The notes under the pieces were generated by a model. The model made no database searches, was not told where the DNA came from, and worked only from the letters and a program-made list of their open reading frames with translations. Shown one piece after another: positions 60,048-64,000 of a stretch of DNA of 64,000 nucleotides. How positions within the stretch are numbered: the stretch's first letter is position 1; every line of letters starts with the position of its first letter. This DNA is from Desulfurococcales archaeon. GTDB taxonomy: Archaea > Thermoproteota > Thermoprotei_A > Sulfolobales > Desulfurococcaceae. Made by a program: the position numbers and the translations under genes. The DNA lies in assembly GCA_027022365.1 (NCBI GenBank), contig JALVYU010000026.1:288001-352000 (forward strand), written 5' to 3'.

Positions 60048-61736
60048 CTACGAGGCCATCCCTTTATGTCTTAGTCCCTGAGGAGGCTTAATCTTTACTA
60101 TGATCGGTTTCCGGGCTTCCGTATTGACGACTAGTGCCTCGCCAACTCCTAGATATGAGAGCCTACGCGTTATCTTCTGTGGTATCCCCAACAGTTTACG
60201 TATCTGATCTTGATACTCCTGGTTAGGAGAGCCAAAAACTATGACTGTTTGAATGTTCTCATAGAGTTCCCTAGGTATGTCGCTGGGATTTTGTGTTGCA
60301 AGAATTATCGATACTTTTCTACTTCTCCCCTCTTTTATTAGTCGTTTAAGGCTTTCCAGGCGTGAAATTCTCCATGCCTCATCTATCGTGATAACATTAC
60401 CTATTAGCTCTGTGGTATTGTTTGATTTTATCTTGTCATTGTCAGTGTTTTCCTGGAGTAGTATGTTGGAACACATGCCTAGTATTAGTCCTGCGTAGGT
60501 GTTTTGGAACATTGTTCCGTGGCTTGATATGTTAAATAATATGCTTCTATTCCTCAATACTCTATACAACTCGCCATAGTTTGGATTACTGACCAATAGA
60601 TCAATAACGGGAGAAAGCTTCGATAAATGAGGATCCATCAAAATTTTTTCTGGCTCGGAAACCCCTACATTTTTGCTAATAAGCGTTAATATTTCAGCAA
60701 TGTTTTTCGTGTTGAGCCCCACTATGTTTTCAAGAACATCTCTAACAATTATTCCCCAATCAATCAGCTTAAGCCATTGTGGCTTCTTTAATATATTTAT
60801 AGGATATATATTCGGATTCACAATATCAATCATTTTTTCATCAATGTATCGAGCTAGATCACCTTTGAAATCCAAAGCCACTATTTTTAGTTCAAACAAT
60901 GATATCATATTCTCAATTATTGTTGCGAGAAGAGTTGTTTTTCCTTTCCCCGTGGGACCCAGTACAGCCATGTGCTTAAAAAGGCTCTTTATACTAATAC
61001 CAACCGGTAGATCGGAATCAATGTCATAGCCTAGCACAATCGTTTCCTCCGAATCCGGCAATACTGGTGCATGCCTTCTGATCGGTGTAAGAGCTTGAAG
61101 CCTACTATGTTCTAAAACTATTGAGCGTTTCTTGAAATCAGTAGTTATTCCTAAGTGATATGCTATCAGACTTCTTATTTCAGACGCACTTAGCGGCCGC
61201 AACTTTATTTTAAAATAATTGTTAAATACCGAAAAAACAAGTTCTTCCTGTTGTCTGATCCTTGCCATCGCATCAGCAAAATCGAAGGACTCAGCCCTTA
61301 GCTTAAACAATAACTGGATCCTAGCAACAGTATTAGAAGTTATTATCATCTTATATAGTTCCTCTAAGACTTTCAGCTGTGATAGTAGCCTTGCTCTGAG
61401 ATGAGGCTCTTCGAGTATGTCGAGTTTAGCTCTTATGTTCATCATTTCATTACTTATTCTCTTCATTAGCCTAACAAGGTCTTTTTCTCTCTTTAGAACA
61501 ATTATCTCAATTCCAGGAGGCAGACTTTCAAGCAGAGAAGCATAATTATCCATTAATTTTAATATTTCATACTCATTGAGCTCATTAAAACCATATTCTA
61601 CATTATCGGCAATCAAAAACCTCTGAACAACTATCTTTCCACCAGCCTTGGTTATTAAATAAGAATTATTGATCTCTACTTCTATGTTATCTCCTATCAA
61701 ATGCTTGATTAAATTATACACTGTCTTTTTCAACAT
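60048..61736 (-). CDS. cedB: CedB, VirB4/HerA-like DNA-import ATPase
   Basis: HMAVLGPTGKGKTT, LDFKGD, IDEAWR, EGRS and ATQNP; downstream of cedA. Confidence 0.82.
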   Translation of the reverse strand: MLKKTVYNLIKHLIGDNIEVEINNSYLITKAGGKIVVQRFLIADNVEYGFNELNEYEILKLMDNYASLLESLPPGIEIIVLKREKDLVRLMKRISNEMMNIRAKLDILEEPHLRARLLSQLKVLEELYKMIITSNTVARIQLLFKLRAESFDFADAMARIRQQEELVFSVFNNYFKIKLRPLSASEIRSLIAYHLGITTDFKKRSIVLEHSRLQALTPIRRHAPVLPDSEETIVLGYDIDSDLPVGISIKSLFKHMAVLGPTGKGKTTLLATIIENMISLFELKIVALDFKGDLARYIDEKMIDIVNPNIYPINILKKPQWLKLIDWGIIVRDVLENIVGLNTKNIAEILTLISKNVGVSEPEKILMDPHLSKLSPVIDLLVSNPNYGELYRVLRNRSILFNISSHGTMFQNTYAGLILGMCSNILLQENTDNDKIKSNNTTELIGNVITIDEAWRISRLESLKRLIKEGRSRKVSIILATQNPSDIPRELYENIQTVIVFGSPNQEYQDQIRKLLGIPQKITRRLSYLGVGEALVVNTEARKPIIVKIKPPQGLRHKGMAS

Positions 61737-61863
61737 TATTTTTTAACCTCCGTATTATTAAATACATGAAAAGTACTAGTAAGAATAACATTAGCGATAT
61801 CCGATTCCGTGATATAACAAGCATAATGAATGACAGTATCAATAATATATGATCGATCCTCAT
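61714..61863 (-). CDS. cedA2: CedA2-like small two-TM protein (not in ORF track)
   Basis: MRIDHILLILSFIMLVISRNRISLMLFLLVLFMYLIIRRLKNNVEKDSV; SD GGGTG; lies between cedA and cedB. Confidence 0.65.
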   Translation of the reverse strand: MRIDHILLILSFIMLVISRNRISLMLFLLVLFMYLIIRRLKNNVEKDSV

Positions 61864-61873
61864 CCTACACACC

Positions 61874-63259
61874 CTATACTCCCGTCACTATAAGTCTGGC
61901 AATTCTGGGCTCAGTTCCTCCAAGAAGTCTTGCAAGAGCGTATGAAGATGATAATAGAACTGCAACATATACCATAGGCCCTATGAATACTGCATATATA
62001 AATCGAGTAATAGGCGTAATGAGCATACTAGGCGACGAGATCTTTTCTTTGACTACATGGTTAATAAATGGATACTCAGTTACATCGGGGGGGCCCATAT
62101 ATATCCATTTGCTTGTACTGATACTCAAGCATGTATTCCCATGTAGTTTATATTTCTTGATAACGAATGTTATGTTATGCCATTGGTAACTATATGTTGT
62201 GAGCAATGTAGTGTTGATTCCTACAGTTATATTTGCGGAAATACTATTTGGATATACGACATAGAAGATTGAATCCTTATAACTAGTTATATTCATGACA
62301 AGACTAGAGCTATTATGATATGATACACTGATGCTTGAACCAGTTGGTAATTTTATAAAGACATACTCCGATACAATAACCACGTCAGGTAAGGATATGT
62401 GGACTGAGCAATACGTTTCATTTATCCATGTGTATTGACTCGAATTCATTAGAACTGTGTAGTTGTATGGACCATAAACAACGTTCCAATACACCGTACC
62501 ATTAGGTATGCCTTTATCGGCACCCACATATATTTCTCCGTTAGGCCCCGCCAAATACCTTGCCAAAAGCTCGCCTCCCTTACTATATATTTTTATTACA
62601 GCATATGGGATGGAGCGTCCAACTATGTCCTTAACGATAATCCTAGACGACAACAGGTTCAAACTATATTGTATCTGCTGAGATATTGACGGAGTAATGG
62701 TCTCTATAAATACTGGCATAAGGGGGGCGGCTATCGAAAATACTATGACCGTAGAGATTATCATAGCCCCTGCGGATCGCGAAAGACGAAACGGGATCGA
62801 GTGAAGAAGTAAACCTATAGCGATAAGAGCAGGAGCATATATTCTAAGGGCAGTTAAAAGAGTTGTTAATGTTATAAAGAATATCAGAAGATATGTTAGT
62901 GAGGAAATTAACGGCGAAATAATAGATGACGAGACAAATTTCAGGTTCATACTTACAAGTGCTGAACCTATAAGTCTTAGCGAGGCCATTGTTCCCGCAA
63001 TAGCCCCTATTTCTTTGGCGCTCCACAGATAGAAAGCGTTCCAATCAGCACCAATAATTCTAGAGATATATCTGATTACATATAATATCGCTGTATATGA
63101 GAAGATGAGTATTGCTGAAAAAATACTATCAATCATAAGCTGTGGCGCCCATTTCTTGAGGCCATAGAAAGGTATTGGCAACATGTATATCAAAACACCT
63201 AGATAGTATCCTAGTACTGACAAATAATACGCTATAACGATTACATCATTAATGATCAT
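61874..63259 (-). CDS. cedA: CedA DNA-import membrane protein
   Basis: YYLGVLIYMLPIPFYGLKKWAPQLMIDSIFSA N-terminus, IPFRLSRSAGA, multiple TM helices. Confidence 0.85.
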   Translation of the reverse strand: MIINDVIVIAYYLSVLGYYLGVLIYMLPIPFYGLKKWAPQLMIDSIFSAILIFSYTAILYVIRYISRIIGADWNAFYLWSAKEIGAIAGTMASLRLIGSALVSMNLKFVSSSIISPLISSLTYLLIFFITLTTLLTALRIYAPALIAIGLLLHSIPFRLSRSAGAMIISTVIVFSIAAPLMPVFIETITPSISQQIQYSLNLLSSRIIVKDIVGRSIPYAVIKIYSKGGELLARYLAGPNGEIYVGADKGIPNGTVYWNVVYGPYNYTVLMNSSQYTWINETYCSVHISLPDVVIVSEYVFIKLPTGSSISVSYHNSSSLVMNITSYKDSIFYVVYPNSISANITVGINTTLLTTYSYQWHNITFVIKKYKLHGNTCLSISTSKWIYMGPPDVTEYPFINHVVKEKISSPSMLITPITRFIYAVFIGPMVYVAVLLSSSYALARLLGGTEPRIARLIVTGV

Positions 63260-63317
63260 GATCCCACGCCCAAAATACGGACCCCACTAGGAAATTAGAA
63301 AAATTAGGCCAATCCAT

Positions 63318-63584
63318 TCATATAGTGGGCGGAGCTGGTAATGGCTGATAGAATGTATTCGCTATATATGCGATCAGCGCGAACACTGTTGTCCCCATCG
63401 CTAGCCAGAATGCCGCCCATACTGCATCTTCTATAAACCGTTCCCCGGTTCTCTTAATTCTCATAAATGGAATAGGTAATCCTCTTATAGCCCACCCGAT
63501 AACCCAAGTCAGGAAAAATATAACCCAAGCAACAATAGTCACGTTCACTATTATTCCCTGAATAAAACTAATAATATTGTTCAA
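63318..63584 (-). CDS. cedA1: CedA1 pilin of the Ced system
   Basis: AWVIFFLTWVIGWAIRGLPIPF.RIKRTG...IEDAVWAAFWLAMGTTVF; probable TTG start after GGGTG. Confidence 0.85.
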   Translation of the reverse strand: MNNIISFIQGIIVNVTIVAWVIFFLTWVIGWAIRGLPIPFMRIKRTGERFIEDAVWAAFWLAMGTTVFALIAYIANTFYQPLPAPPTI

Positions 63585-63663
63585 TACAACCACCCATAAG
63601 AGTCTAAGAATATATTGATAGGTGGGATAACCGAAACTATTAACGAACCTAGGACTGATAACA

Positions 63664-64000
63664 ATGAAGAAATTATGGCCCAAGACGACTAAGATATACT
63701 GGGATCCAGACTATAATATCCCGATAATAAAGCCTCTGCCCGGCCAAGAAGATTTATTCTTTATCCTGAGATTAACTGAGCCCGGTGATGCAAGACCAGC
63801 TTTTGACCAGGATTTAAAGAAGCTTCGAGCAGCAATAATTTATGAATTCAATGATTTACGGATCTATAATGTCTTGTTCAAAGACATGTTCATCCTTTTC
63901 AATAAGGTTCCGCATTGGGATCAGATGTGGGAGGTTGTTTCTTCCGGCAATGTTATGGGTCAATTATATTATGATCCCTTTAGGGATAAGTGGAGGTTTC
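63664..64000 (+). CDS. PAPS-reductase-family protein (PUA-associated archaeal type), N-terminus only; runs off window edge
   Basis: Manual translation MKKLWPKTTKIYWDPDYNIP...EPGDARPAF...FNKVPHWDQMWEVVSSGNVMGQLYYDP; frame open to the edge. Confidence 0.6.
   Translation, partial: MKKLWPKTTKIYWDPDYNIPIIKPLPGQEDLFFILRLTEPGDARPAFDQDLKKLRAAIIYEFNDLRIYNVLFKDMFILFNKVPHWDQMWEVVSSGNVMGQLYYDPFRDKWRF

Noticed and set aside
59815-60081. 88-aa plus-strand ORF
   Set aside because: It is antisense to the better-supported 36-aa ORF, the C/D sRNA and the end of cedB.
1-64000. CRISPR arrays, IS elements, rRNA genes
   Set aside because: No repeat-spacer pattern, transposase or rRNA-like stretch seen by eye.

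Overview
Archaeal chromosome segment. Gene content and sequence style point to a hyperthermophilic crenarchaeon of the Desulfurococcales (Staphylothermus-like); this is an inference. Most of the window is housekeeping: the uL10/uL1/uL11/spt5/secE/ftsY and eL20/eIF6/eL31/eL39/eS19 cluster, the S10-spc ribosomal superoperon through secY and cbf5, and a dNTP-synthesis operon (intein-containing nrdD, nrdG, thyX, dcd). It also holds a tetrabrachion-like S-layer gene beside a STABLE-like subtilase, a complete Ced DNA-import cluster, four tRNA genes and two box C/D guide RNAs. The most unusual element is a tRNA-Phe(GAA) gene (36430-37169, minus strand) interrupted at non-canonical position 30/31 by a 666-nt insert. 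The insert has a perfect bulge-helix-bulge (BHB) junction and a 16-bp terminal stem, and encodes a two-motif LAGLIDADG homing endonuclease with one nonsense codon. It also contains a terminator-like T-tract after the 5' half and a well-placed TATA box before the 3' half, so it may be an intermediate between a mobile tRNA intron and a trans-spliced split tRNA. Circularising the insert creates an in-frame AUG. Two further BHB introns are present (tRNA-Glu at 45/46, and cbf5 mRNA). All calls were made by eye, with no database searches.
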